A stretch of 64,000 nucleotides of DNA from the human T2T-CHM13v2.0 reference genome, Homo sapiens: NCBI RefSeq assembly GCF_009914755.1, contig NC_060947.1; one strand, written 5' to 3'. The notes under the pieces are model-generated. The model had not been told where the DNA came from, searched no databases, and saw nothing but the letters and a program-made list of their open reading frames with translations. This document shows, one piece after another, positions 17,904-37,389 of the stretch; the first letter of the stretch is position 1; each line of letters begins with the position of its first letter. Made by a program: the position numbers and the translations under genes.

Positions 17904-18510
17904 ATATTAGTTATGTATTGCTACATTACAAATTATCACAAAATTCGTGTCTTAAAGCAGCACACACTTATATCTCAGTTTCTGTGGGTCAGTAATCTGG
18001 GCATGATGTGACTAGATTCTTTGTTCAGGATCTTTCAGGGCTGAAATCACTGTGGAAAATGGGATGTGTTCTCACCTGGAGGCTTGCCTAGGGAAGAATT
18101 TGCCACCAAGCTCATGTTGTAGGCAGAATTTGTCTCCTTGGAGCTGAAGGACTGAGGTTTCTGTTTTCCTTCTTGCTTTTGGCAGAGAGCACTCTCAGTT
18201 TCTAAAAGCCACTTGTAGTTTCTTGCCACATGGCCTTTTCCATAGATCCTCTCACAACATGGTAGCGTACTTATTCAGCGCCAGCAAGGAGAGTCTTTCC
18301 CTCCAGTCAGCTAAGATGTAGTGTTACATAACATAATATAATCATGGGAGTGGCATCCCCACCACATTTGCTATATAATGTGACCTAATCAAAGGAATGA
18401 CATCCCATCATGTTTGCCATATTCTGTTGTTTAGAAGCAAGTCACAGGTCCCACTGCCTTAGTAGAAAGGGAGTGACTCTTTGTGGGTTACTTTTGGGTG
18501 TGTCCACCAG
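17904..18510 (-). mobile_element. MLT1 MaLR LTR
   Basis: TATTAGTTATGTATTGCT...CTCAGTTTCTGTGGGTCAG antisense MLT1 end. Confidence 0.7.
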
Positions 18511-19757
18511 AGAGCATTTCTCTCTTCCTTGGAGGTCACTTTTCATTTGTTTCTTTTGCCAGGGATTTTTCTGGGCACAATAGAATGTAAGAGTTTATTT
18601 ATATATGTCCATGTCATACAGAAAGACTTAGGGAATATAACACACATAAACAGGAGTGGAAGAAATTTCCCACCTGTCTAGAGGAGACTTTGACTACAGA
18701 ATGGTGAGAAAGAAACCTCACTACCTACCCTTTTAGGACGACAGCTGGTTCTAGGACATAAGGCAATTCAAGGGCTTTGGGTTTTGAGGCCTACTGCCTC
18801 CCAGGCAGTGGTAATAGTAGTCTTTTTTGTTGCAAGGGATAGGGGACCTGGGCTGCTGAAAGCAAATTGTTTTCGTTTATATTTAATATTCTGTTATAAA
18901 AAGGAAAACCTGGTGATATTGTAGGACAAAACTAGCCTTTGCATTAGAAGAGCTTGATCCCATGTTCTGCTTTGCTGGCTTATTTCATCTCTCTGAGATA
19001 ATTTGTCAGCATAACATGGACATTATCATACCTATCTCTCATACCTATCATTTATTGAAGTTTTATGTGCCAAAAGCTTTACATTAAATAGTTTGTTTCC
19101 CAAATTTAAACAATTATGAGACTCTCCTTGGATGCCTGTTTAAAATAATGATTCCAGACTTACCCCACCCTGTGACACTACTGAATTAGTATTTCCAAGA
19201 AAAGTGCCTGGGATCTGGATTTTAAAAAGTGACTCAGGTGATTTTTATAATCAAGCACGTCGGGGAAGTAATATACTCTTGTTCTATTCCTCCAGTAACA
19301 CTATAAAGTAGGTACTTTCCGGTTTTTTGTTTGTTTGTTTTGCAGGTGATGAGGCTCAGAGAAGTTACTTGCCCAGGGTCATTAAAAAAAAGCAGAACTG
19401 ACATTCAAGTTTTTATTCATCCTGAATCTTGTTTTATTAACCAGTATGCATTGGACATATTATGTAGGGTACAATAAGTATATAGTAAACATTTGTTGAA
19501 ACTTTGGCAGTTAAGAAATATGGGACAGCACCAGTGTTTTCTCATGAGTAGTTATAATCAAAGTTTCCATAATGGAGTGAGAGCAAAACTCAAGATTAGA
19601 GAGAACAAACCTGGAATTGAACAGGGGCTGGGAACCCAGGCAGCAAGGAGAATATGGTAGGAACCCTTGGTAAAAGAAGAAAAGTAAAAGTTAAGTGGGA
19701 ATTGGCAAAGGTGACAAGCACACACTACTCACAGGTGAGTCTGAAGGCAGCCTTTGA

Positions 19758-20135
<378 letters not shown>

Positions 20136-20299
20136 GCCATTGGCTGCTTTTTTCAAAGCGTCAGTTTATGCCCTATTTCTGATAGCAGACTATCACTTTT
20201 CTCTCAATTTCTGATTTTCCTGGCCTTACTTGCTGCACCTGTTTGCTTCAAACAGTTGTTTTAAGGTTCACTTAAGAAATATGACATATTTGTATGCTT

Positions 20300-23700
<3,401 letters not shown>

Positions 23701-24058
23701 TTATGATTTTACTGGGAATTAGTCACTGACATGCAATATAAATTACCCCTTTTGCAGAGGATTAATTGGCTGCATTAAAAGATACATATTTTTCTTTGAT
23801 ATTTAGTGTATCAGTGAGATTCTTGTGCAAATCTCCCTCTAATTTATCCTGTAGAGAAGAGTTTCCTAGGGATATGTGAATCCCCTGTATGGTTCAGGGG
23901 CTTTGTGTACCTTCTGGAAATTGTATACAGATTTTTAAGGGTATGTTCTTTGTTAATTTTTTTTTCTGAGATAGTAGCCTTATCTGATTCTTAAAAGGGC
24001 CCATACTCGTAAAGTTGTTGTTGTTGTTTTTAATCCCTAGAAAAAGTACATAGTAACT

Positions 24059-24106
24059 GGCTGGGTGCTGTGGCTCATGCCTATAATCCCAGCACTTTGG
24101 GAGACT
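24059..24106 (+). mobile_element. Alu 5' stub (about 48 nt)
   Basis: GGCTGGGTGCTGTGGCTCATGCCTATAATCCCAGCACTTTGGGAG followed by unique sequence. Confidence 0.8.
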
Positions 24107-25799
24107 ATTAAAAAGTCTTCCATTCTTTATCAAAAGCTAGGATATTTTTGACTACTAGTCTGGTGTGTAAAACATATCAACCTATCTTAAAACATTGACT
24201 GCATATCATCTGTAGGCCTGGAGTCTCATTATTATCCAAGACTTTCATAGCAACAGAATGAAAGCTCATATATTTTAATTCAGTGGAGAGCACTACATAC
24301 TCTCTAGTAAAGCCTGTTTACATCATTGTACCTATATTTCTAACAAGCTTAATTACTTGGTTTTCTGACCTACAGCAGATAAAAAGCACTGAGCTACAAG
24401 TGCATACTTATTACACAAAAAGGGACATTGAGGGAAGGGAGAATAATTTGCAAAGCAGCCTTCAAATGTTATTTCTTGTGCTGAAATTGCTCAGATCTCT
24501 AAATCAGACTTTGTTGCTCCCCCTTCTCCGTTATACCTCTGTTTGATATGGGGGAAAGGGAATAATCCAACTTAAGCAACCCAAAGGTACATTGCTTTAT
24601 GGTAATTGATGTTGCAGTTGGTGTTAGCCCATAGCCATCAAAACGTTCTGTTTATTCTTTATAAGAAACCTGAGAGTTATTTTAAACTATTTGAAAAATA
24701 TTTCCATGGGTTTTAAAGTTTCAAATTTAGAAATTACATAAGCTTTTTGATTCATTGAAAAAAATCAATGTGGGATGCAATGTCTTGACAAAACAAGAAC
24801 AGAGTTTTTAAGGGTTTTAGGCACAGTGTTCTTTGCTAAGTTTTCTCTGCTATTGATTTTCTGGATAACCTGACAACTTTTTTTGCCTAAAGATTGTATA
24901 ATTATAATTAATTCCTTTTGCTTAAATATAATTACCAGTTTGTAGCTGTTTTATGCTTTTGGGGTGACATGTTAGTTTGTGGTCAGTTATGTGTAGCTTC
25001 AGATTTCAGTGACTGAATCAAAATTGATCAATCTCTCTGCTTTATTCACACGGACCAGACAGTGTTACTCTTTGTGTCATACAGGAAGTTAATGTTTTGA
25101 CTTTTCCTATGAAAAATGTCACACAAATGTTCAGAGGAGCTGTGCTTTAAAAAACTGCCAACTGAGAGATGTTAATGAGAGCAATAAAAGCCAGAGTTGT
25201 CTGCAAAGGGCATTTTCATTTTGTGGCTCTGGCAGGTTAAGCATTGATGTTCTAATTGAATTCATAGTGAGGCCTCCTTTGTTTCTGCAAGCATCTGACA
25301 GGCCAGATGTGCACACAGTGTTGGGCTTGGCATAGCTTCTGGACTGTATGTTAGCCAGTGAATCCCCTCTTTGACCATAAATGAACAGTTATCTGGTAAG
25401 TACAAAGCCTTTTTGTTTCAGGAACTTTTGGGAAAACTACCAGTGCATATAAAATAGACACACTATTAAGAACTTGTAAAACTTCTCAACTTCATTACCT
25501 AGAAAGGTCAGGGTCAGCATCTAGATCCCTCCTTCATTATCTTTAATTTAGCAACAAATGGCTGTGTTTTATTTTGTGAAGTTTCTACATTACCTTGTGG
25601 CCTTTGGAACGTTAGTTAAAGTTCTTGATGGGGCTCTTGCTTGGGAACTGTGTCTTTGGGAGCCAAACCATGCACATTTTAACTGAGCTGTGAACTCATA
25701 TCTCTCTTACCCCATCAACAATTACTTTGTGGACTATAGAGAAGAACTCAGTTATATACTTGTTTCTGATTTTAGAAGGAATGCTATGGTGATGATAAT

Positions 25800-26025
25800 A
25801 AAATAACACCATCTAGCATTTATTTGGAAATTACTGTGAGCTCCATACTGTGCTAAGTCCTTTATACAAGTTCACCCATTTAATCTTTACAACAACCCCT
25901 ATGAGGTGAGTGTTATTATCCCCATTTTATAGATAAGTTGAGACGCAGAATTTGGATAACTTGCTGAAAGCTACAGTAGTGAAATCAGTATACCAATCCA
26001 GGTGGTCTGTCCCAGACCCATATTC
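25800..26025 (-). mobile_element. MIR
   Basis: ATTATCCCCATTTTATAGAT core. Confidence 0.7.
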
Positions 26026-26031
26026 CTTTAA

Positions 26032-26332
<301 letters not shown>

Positions 26333-26996
26333 TAAGATTTTTTAATTATATAAAGTATTTGCCTGCTTCAGACTTTAAACTGTAAAACAAAATATATTGA
26401 GAGATCCAGCTAGATTCAGCTCAACTATTTTGGTAACTTTTCTATAAGTCTCTCTCCCCTCCCTGTTTTCTCCTCACTCTGCAGAGTTAACCTTTTTTGT
26501 TAAGTTTTTGGTTTATTCTTTTATTGTTTCTTTATGAAAATATATACAAATATGTATGTATGTGTGTGCCACTTCTGTATATAAAATTCTCCTCACTAAT
26601 CGGGATTTGCTATAGTTATTTTGTTTTCAGTTCAAAAACTTTAAAAATGCCTTTTCTTATCAAAAGCGGGTTAATGAGACCAGTCTGGTAAATATGTTTT
26701 ATATCACTTTGCAGATATCTTCTGCCTGAGTACTGAACTGACATTCCCATCCACTCAGCATTTTATGTTCTGTCTCATGCTTGAGATTGACTTCCATAGC
26801 AAAATAAGGCAGCCTCTCACACTCTGCCTTAAGTAAAAATGCTTCTCTAGAAAACTTAGATCTGATGCTCTTTAATCTGGCTAGCTTGTAAAATTGAAAT
26901 CAGGCTTATCATATGCCTGTTTTTCTCTAAAGGGGAAGGAAAAATTATAATAGTCATTGGATTCAGTTTTCATTTGCTTAAGAAAAACAGGTATGA

Positions 26997-27338
<342 letters not shown>

Positions 27339-27444
27339 AGGTTTGAGTATTTCTGAAGCCATAGACAAGGACCACATTTCATTGGCCTCTGCTTTTGTAT
27401 ACCTTTGTCTGTAGTCTTCAAGTTACTCTTCTGTTTGGTAAACA

Positions 27445-27904
27445 TGTATATTAGTTTCCTAGGGCTATAATAAATTAACATAAACGAGGTAGCTTAAAAC
27501 AGTAGGAATTTATTCTTTCACAGTATGAAGGCCAAAAGTAAAAAATCAGCCAGTCTGTGCTCCCTCCGTAGGTTTTAAGGGCGATTCATTCTTTGCCTCT
27601 TCCAGCTTTTGGTGGATGTCAGCATTGATTGATTTGTGGATCAATGAATCACTCTAATCTCTGCCTCCATGATCACACTACCTTCTCCTCTTCCATCTCA
27701 AATCTCCCTCCACCTTTCTCTTGTAAGGACACTTGTCAATGGACTTAGAGCCCACTTGGATATTCCAGAATGATATCTTCACCTGAAGATTCTTAACTTA
27801 ATTACATCTGCAAAGACCCTTTTTCCAAATAAGGTAATATCCATAGTTTCTGGGAACTAGGATGTGGACATATCTTTTTGGAGGCCACCATTCAATCCAC
27901 TGCA
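27445..27904 (-). mobile_element. MLT1 MaLR LTR
   Basis: TATTAGTTTCCTAGGGCT...CTTAATTACATCTGCAAAGACCCTTTTTCCAAATAAGGT. Confidence 0.8.
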
Positions 27905-28224
27905 ATATGTTTTCAGGTTAGGAAACTATGTAGAGCAGATTTCATAAGCAGTTATGGCAAGTATGAAGGTACGGCTTATGCTTTGTAATTAGATCATTTG
28001 GCATTATTCATTATTAGTCAAGCCCAAAGCATGATCTTGTAATCAATTGATATATTTTATAAAGACTATCACTTGGAAAATAATGAAATATTTTAGGATG
28101 TTGACACATACTTTCCAGAACTAAGGAAGGATTTCCCACAGCACCATCTTTCCCAAAGATAGTAGTTTAGCAAATTGGAAATTGCCACCACTACTTAACC
28201 ACTGCCTCATTAAAGATACTCTGA

Positions 28225-28556
<332 letters not shown>

Positions 28557-29123
28557 TTAGGGAGAAAAATAGTGAAAATTTGAATGAATTCTATACATTA
28601 GTTAATAGTATTATAGCATTGCTACTTTCCTGGTTTAGGTAATTGAACTCTGGTTATATAAACTGTAAACAATTAGAGGAAACTAAGTGAAGGATATATG
28701 GAAACTTTACTATTTGATAACTTTTCTTTAAGTCTAAAATTATTTCTAAATAAATTTTAAAATGAAATGATGCCCAAATAATTATTAACTATCAGTGGAT
28801 ACTTGTTACTTAATTTAAGAAAGTTAAGGATTGTTTTATACAAACTGTTTTGAGTAACCTGTATTGTTGGTTTAAATTTAGAGAACCCAAGAAAATAATT
28901 CAGGAAGGACTGCATTACCCTTTATTAAATCCCAAATAAGCTGGCTTCCTTGTCAGTACTTCAAACCTTTCCAAACAGAAGTTGATCTGGCCATTTAGGA
29001 AGTTAGAGATGTTTCTCTTGTTGGAAGCAGAGTGGATGGGGATGGTCTTTTTAAAAGGAGAACATTGAATGGTATCAGTTGCATAGTGATGGTCTTCTCA
29101 AGATATGTGCAATATCTTTCCAG

Positions 29124-29281
29124 GTATTCCGGAAGGACCTCATCAGTGCCATGAAACTTCCAGATTCTCACCACATTAATCCTGATAGCTATTACCTCTT
29201 TGCTGATACATGGAAGGAAGAATGGGAAAAGGGAGTCCAGGTACCAGCCAGTCCAGACACCGTTCCACAGCCTTCTCTCAG
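29124..29281 (+). CDS. JADE3: JADE3 coding exon ([17 protein letters not shown]...[25 protein letters not shown])
   Basis: ttccAG acceptor, CAG|GTATTT donor, 158 nt, phase 0 to 2; FRxDLIxAMK and [14 protein letters not shown] motifs typical of the JADE family. Confidence 0.97.
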
Positions 29282-29618
29282 GTATTTGCATGCTTGCACC
29301 TTTGACTTAGGGAATGAATGCTCTCATGTTTGTCTGCTGCTTGGGGAGAAACTTAGAGTGGCTAATTATGCATTTATAGTACAAAGTCACATACCATTTT
29401 CACCAATTCACTCAGACCAGTGGCAGATTTTACCAGGCTATAATAAGCAATAAAGTCAGGCTCATGTATTTAGGGACATAGTATGTGCCCATTATTCATA
29501 GGATAAAACCATTTGAAGTCCAATCTGAAATTATGATAAAATTTTGGAGACAAGAATTTCCAAGTCTTGACTCAACAGTCAGTAGCATTTATTAGTCTTC
29601 TGAGAGAAACAGAATTAA

Positions 29619-30382
<764 letters not shown>

Positions 30383-30401
30383 AAACACCTGTGGGAAGTT
30401 T

Positions 30402-30490
30402 TATATATATATATATAACATATATATACATATATAACATATATATATATATATAACATATATATACATATATAACATATATATATATAA
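30402..30490. repeat. (TA)n-rich microsatellite
   Basis: Read directly. Confidence 0.9.
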
Positions 30491-30503
30491 AATAGGGTCT
30501 TAA

Positions 30504-30577
30504 AGTAATGGTATCTATAAATAGAGGGTCAAAAACATAGAGTAATGGTACCTGTAAATAGAGGGCCAAAAACATAG
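30504..30577. repeat. 37-bp tandem duplication
   Basis: AGTAATGGTAYCTRTAAATAGAGGGYCAAAAACATAG x2, 3 mismatches. Confidence 0.85.
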
Positions 30578-31091
30578 AGTTTGTAAATGCATAAACCCAA
30601 ATAAAAGGGGATTACTGAATGATTGAGTTGACTCTAAGCACATGGCCTTCATTTGCATTAGACCTGAGAAGAAAATTGAAATAGGAGAGGGCTTTGGTTT
30701 TAGAAAGAGGAGAGAAGGACTTTTCTGCCAGAGGAAGTAATAAGTAATAAGTTCAGTTAAAGAGTAGCGACTGGTTTTGGAAGCCATTTTTTCTTTCTGG
30801 TCTTTGTGTTTCCAATACTTTACACAAAGGTTGGCATTAAACAAAATGCTGAGTAAAAGTTTGAGTGAATGAATGAATGGGTAGAATGTAGAGTGCCAAA
30901 TAAAGGGGCTAGTGGGACCTACTGGTTACTGTGAGAAATTGCAGATCTTATTGTACACCCATCAATTTCTGTTACATATTAGATTTTTTTAAGGGCAGAG
31001 ATAACATCCTTGAATTCTCTGCTCCTAGTACTAGGTTTTTAAGACCTAGTCATGCTCCAGAAATGCTTGTTGGAATCATTTCTAGAAACCC

Positions 31092-31127
31092 AGGCTGTCC
31101 TACCCACAGAGGCTGTCCTACCCACAG
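31092..31127. repeat. 18-bp perfect tandem duplication
   Basis: AGGCTGTCCTACCCACAG x2. Confidence 0.9.
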
Positions 31128-31559
31128 AGAGGCTGCCTATGCTCTGTTAAGGAAAGCTCCACAGCCTTGCTCAGCACATGTCCCAAAACTCACTGGTTCA
31201 TCATCAACACCATCTCCTGCCCCCTAAAAATCAGAGTAGCATCATGAATGAACATATGAGTTGAGTGTTTTCATGTCCTTGTTGTCAGTATTTTTATACA
31301 AATATAGCAGCCCTGGTGCTGAGTTGACCATCACCATTCCATTGATACTCCGAGGATTATTGAGTGTGACTAGCATCTTGACTTTAGTCTCGTTGGTAAG
31401 TCAGTATCAATTATCTACTTATTGGAGGTGATTTTAATCTTTTAGGTTGAGTGGAAAATGTCCCCTGTACCACTTTAAAAATGTTATCTGATAAGTGAGC
31501 CATGGGTAAGTAGGGTAGCAAGAATGGAGCAACAGTTTAAGAACAGTAATTTATTTTCA

Positions 31560-31855
31560 TTTTTTTAATTTTTTGAGATAGGGTCTCGCTCTGTCACTCA
31601 GGCTGGAGTGCAGTGGCATGTTGTCAGCTCACTGCAACCTCCGCCTCCTGAGTTCAAGTGATTCTCATGCCTCAGCCACTTGAATAGCTGGGGTTACAGG
31701 CATGTGCCACCATGCCTGGATATTTTTGTATTTTTAATAGAGACGGGGTTTCACCATGTTGGCCAGGCTGGTCTCAAACTCCTAGCCTCGAGTAATTTGT
31801 CCGCCTTGGCCTCCCAAGTGCTAGAATTAAATGTGTGAGCCCCCGCCCTCAGCCT
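31560..31855 (-). mobile_element. Alu
   Basis: Reverse dimer; TSD AACAGTAATTT. Confidence 0.92.
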
Positions 31856-32212
31856 AAGAACAACAGTAATTTTAGAAACTAAAAGAGTTTAACTTGTTTT
31901 CAAATATAGGGATGTGCGTTCCTAATTCATGTGTGGCTTCAGTGCTCTATTATTTGTTCCGAGGGCTTCACATATTTACCATTATAAGTGCTGTGAATTG
32001 TTGGTAAATCTCTTCTGTTTCCCATAGTTCTTTGCCTATCATACGAAACTCTTAATTTTAATGGAACAACAAGGCAGACTATTAAATTATTGATCATATT
32101 GAATTCCTTAATGAAATCCTTAACTGGTTGCTCTTGGTAGGTATATCAGTTTCTGTTTTTTAGAAAATATCAATAAGACTTGTACTGTAGTATGTAGCCT
32201 TTCCTATGGAAC

Positions 32213-32395
32213 AGTAATTCTCAAATTTTAGGGTGCATCAGAATCATTTGGAGGGCTTGTTAGAACAGATTTCTTAACCTCACCCCTAGTTTTTGATTCA
32301 GTAGATCTGAGGTGTGAGGTCTGAGAATTTGCATTTCTAACAACTCCTGACATGATACTGATGCCACTAGTCTGGGGATGACACTTTGAGAACAA
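32213..32395. mobile_element. MER5A
   Basis: GTGCATCAGAATCA...GATTCAGTAGATCTG...GAATTTGCATTTCTAACA...CACTTTGAGAAC. Confidence 0.8.
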
Positions 32396-34580
32396 TTTTG
32401 TTATGAAATATGTTTATCTCATTTCCTGAATTTAATGGAAATCTCCATACTTTTATCATCTTCCTTGGATTTCTCTTTTGGCTTTCAATATAAGCCAGCC
32501 ATATTGGAGGCTCAACCTATTTAGGATTTGGTTGGAGTACCTAAACTTTGTTTGGAGTACCTAATTTCCTCAACCACAGCTGCTTATCACAGCAACCCTT
32601 AACTATCATCATTTTGCATGGGTCAAACTATGTCTTGTGATTTTTACTTTCTGAATTTTGTAAGTCACCTTAAAAATTAAATCTTTGTGATATGAAATTA
32701 TATTGGAACATTAATAAATAATTTGTTTTCATGTCCTTCAACAGATTTTCAAAATCAAATGACTTCAATTAACATTTTTAAGTACTATATAAATTCAGGC
32801 CTATTTAGATACCCCATGGTATGAAGTTACTCTCAGACTTGCCTTTTAACTAGGAACTAGTCTTAAGGTTTTTTGGCAGAGCTTTCTATTTGCCATCCAT
32901 ATACCCTTTTCAGTGAAATATATCTTTGTCTTTTGCCTGTTTTCTAATCAGATTCTTTGTTTTTTTACTATTGAGTGTTGAGAATTACTTATAAATTTGA
33001 GATATGAATCCATTGTCAAATATGTGGTTTGCAAATATTTTCTCCCAGTCTATTTATAGATTGACTTTTCGTCCAGTTAAGAGGGTCGTTCACAAAGTAT
33101 AAGTTTGTGATTTTGATGAAGTTCAATTTATTGATTTTTTTTTTCTTCTGGATCATGCTTTTAATGTCATGCTGTGAACTTTTCACTTAGCTCTATGTCT
33201 CAAAAATATTCTTCTATGTTTTCTTTTAAGAGTTTTATAGTTTTACATTTAAATGCGTGAACCATTTTGAATTAATTTTGTGTAAGATATGAGGCATAGA
33301 TCAAAGTTCAAAATCAGGTAAGTTGATTCTTCCCACTTTATTCATTTTTCAAAATTGCTGTGGCTATTCCACTTTCTTTGTCTTTCCATTCAAATTTTAT
33401 AATAAGCTTTCCATATGTACAAAAAATCTTGCTGGATTTTCATAAGGATTATATTAAACCTTTATCACTTGGGAAGAATTGACATCTGTACAAGTCCTGT
33501 ACACATTTTGCTAAATTTATGCTTAAGTGTTAAAATTTTTTGAGCAGTTGTTAATGGTATTATATTTATAATTTAGGTTTCCACATGGTCATTGCTAGTA
33601 CATACAAATACAACCAATTTTTGTGTGTTGATGTTGTGTTTTCTATAACCCTGCTGAATTACTTAGTTCTGGCAGTTTTATTTAAAAAAAAAAAAAAAAA
33701 AGAGGTTCCTTAGGATTTTCTGTGTAGACCATCATGTTACCTGCAAATAAAGATGGTTTTATTTCTTCCTTTCCAATCTGTTTACTTTTTATTTCTTTTC
33801 TTGCCTTATTCTAGTAGCTAAAATGTCTTGTAGTATGTCAAATAGCAGTGGAGAGAGCAGACATCATTGTCTTGTTCCCAATCTTAGGCGGAAGGCTTTC
33901 AGTCTTTCAATATATTAAGTATGATATTAACTATAGGGTTTTTCATAGATATTCTTTGTCAAGTTGAGGAAGTTCACCTCTACTCCTAATGTGTGGTAGT
34001 TTTTTTCATAAATGGGTATTGAATTTTGTCAACTGAAATGATCCCTATCAAATGATATGATCAGGTGATTTTTTTTCTTCTTCAGCCTGTTAATGTTATA
34101 GATTACATTGATTGATTTTTTTTAATATTGAACAAGCCTTGCATTGCTTGAGCAAACCTGAGTATTAGTCAGCTTGGGCTGCCATAACAAAATATCACAG
34201 GCTGGATAGCTTAAACAACAGAAATTTATTTCTCAAAGTTCTGGAGTCTGAAAGTCCTAGATCAAGGTCTTGCAGAGTTCAGTTTTGGTGAGGGCTCTCT
34301 TCCTTGCTTGCTACCTTCTCACTGTGTGCTCACATGGCCTTTCCCTTATGACCTTATTTAAGCTTAATTACCTCCTGTAGGCCTTGTCTCCAAATACAGT
34401 CACATTGGGGGTTAAATTTTGGGGGTGACACAATTCAGTCCATAACACCAAGTTGATCAGGGATTATATTATATTTTTATACTGCTTGATTTGACTTGCA
34501 AATATCTTGTTGGAAATTTTTATGTCTATGTATTTTTATGTCTTATTTTTATGTTCCCGAGGAATATTGACCTGTAGTCT

Positions 34581-34942
34581 TATATATATAAAAATAATTA
34601 TATATAATTAATGTATATATATAAATTTATATATTTATATAGATATAAATTTATATATATATTAATTATATATTATAATTAATGTATATGTTATATATAA
34701 TTAATGTATATATAAAAATTACAAATTATAATTAAATTTGTAATTTATATATAATTTATATATAAAATAATTATATATAATTTATATATGTTTTATATAT
34801 AATTTTGGTGACATACACCAAAATTATAAATTTATATATATTTATAAATTTATATATATAAATTTATTTTTATATATTTATATTTTTATATATAAATTTA
34901 TTATATATATAAATTTATAAATTATTTATATATATAAATAAT
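34581..34942. repeat. About 360-bp AT-rich low-complexity tract
   Basis: Almost pure A/T; abuts the tail end of Alu 34943-35229. Confidence 0.9.
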
Positions 34943-35344
34943 GTGAGAGACAGGGTCTCGCTCTGTTGCCCAGGCTGGAGTGCAGTGGCACCACCTCAAG
35001 CTCAGTACAACTTCCACCTCCTAGGCTCAAGTGATCCTCCTGCCTCAGCCTCCTGAGTAGCTGGGATTACAAGTGTTCATCGCCACGCCCAGCTGATTTT
35101 TGTATTTTTTGTAGAGACAGGGTTTCACCATGTTGCCCAGGCTGGTCTCAAGCTCCTGACCTCAAGCAGCCCTCCAGCATTGGCCTCCCAAAGTGCTGGG
35201 ATTACAGGCAGGAGCCAGTGCACCCAACCTCTCATGATATTTATATCTGTATTGTATCAGGGTAGTACTGGTCTTATAAAATTAGTTGGGAAATATTCCT
35301 TCCTCTTCTAGTTTTTGGAAGAAATGGTATAGAACTGGGGTTAA

Positions 35345-35605
<261 letters not shown>

Positions 35606-35608
35606 TAA

Positions 35609-35740
<132 letters not shown>

Positions 35741-37188
35741 TGAGTCCTTTAATAGATAATTTGAATAGCCCTGTAACTATTTCATGTTGAGTGACTTTGG
35801 TTAGTTTGTAGTTTAAGGTACTGGTTTGTTTCATCTAAGTTGTTGAATTTACATGTATAGAATGGCTCATAGTATTCCCTGTGTTGCTTTCATTTTAAAA
35901 TTCAATCTTGGCTAGACTTCTACTTCCAAAAAGATGGAGTAGGTATGCTTTTCCCTATGCCTCCCACTAAGTACAATTAAAAACCCTGAGCATTTTATAT
36001 AATGCAAACATAAGACTTTGAAAGATCAGGAGAAGAAAGCAGAACAGCTAGAGTCCTTGAGACCTGAGGAACAACCCAGTTTTATGTTCCCTGGGATTTC
36101 TTTTTGTTCCCAGAGTTGGTGCTGGAGAAGCTAGCAACCCAGAAGCACAAACCAGCAAAAACAAAAAACAAAAACTAAGAAAAGCCTGTCCTCTCTAGCC
36201 AAATGACCAGGAAAGGGACCGCCTATCAGACAGGAAACCTTTTTTTTATTATTTTATTATTTTTTTGAGACTGAATCTCTGTCGCCCAGGCTGGAGTGCA
36301 ATGGTGCCATCTCTGCTTACTGCAACCTTCGCCTCCCTGGTTAAAATGATTCTCCTGCCTCAGCCTCCCAAGTAGCTGGGATTGCAGGTGCACACCATCA
36401 CACCCAGCTAATTTTTGTATTTTTAGTAGAGGTGGGGTTTCACCACGTTGGCCGGGCTGGTCTCAAACTCTTGACCTCAAGTGATCCACCCACTTCGGCC
36501 TCCCAAAGGGCTGGGATTACAGGTGTCAATCACTGTGCCTGGCCAACATGGAAAACTTTTAGACAGAAAACTCTTCTCCAGTCAAACACCACAGAAAAAT
36601 ACTTTGGGCCACCCCAACCTTCTCCAGCAAAGATGGAGTAGGGAGCCTAGACAGCAATGATGTACCCCATTTGGGGTTGTGTTAGAGGAGACTGAGTGGA
36701 CAGTCAGGATTTTCACCTCTGTTCAGCAGTGTCAGTGGAGGCCATGCAGGAAACAATAGCAAGGCATTCTCACCAATCCCAGTGATGGAGGTATCCATGG
36801 AAGCCTAGTGGGGGGCTGAAACTCTCAGCCCCACCCAACAGTAACAGGGATGTTGACACAGGCCAAATGGTGAACTAGGTCTTATACAACCACCTGGTGG
36901 TAACAAGGCAATGCCCCCAACCCTGATCTCCAGCCAGATAGTGTCATAGGAAGCCAGCCAAAATCGAAGGTTTGCATAAGATCCAGAGTCTCATAATGCC
37001 CCAAATGTCTAGGTTTTAGTAAAAAATTACTCATCAAGAATCAGGAAGGTCTCAACTTGACCAAAGACAGATGCCGACATCAAGATGCCAGATATTAGAA
37101 TAGTTTAACGAAGATTTTAAAACAGCCAACATAAAAATGCTTCAGTGAACAATTGTGAACATACTTGAAATAAGTTAAAAAAAAATAG

Positions 37189-37389
<201 letters not shown>

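Noticed and set aside
28995-29291. Antisense ORF over exon 4 (likewise 58767-59274 over exon 6)
   Set aside because: Shadow ORFs of real coding exons
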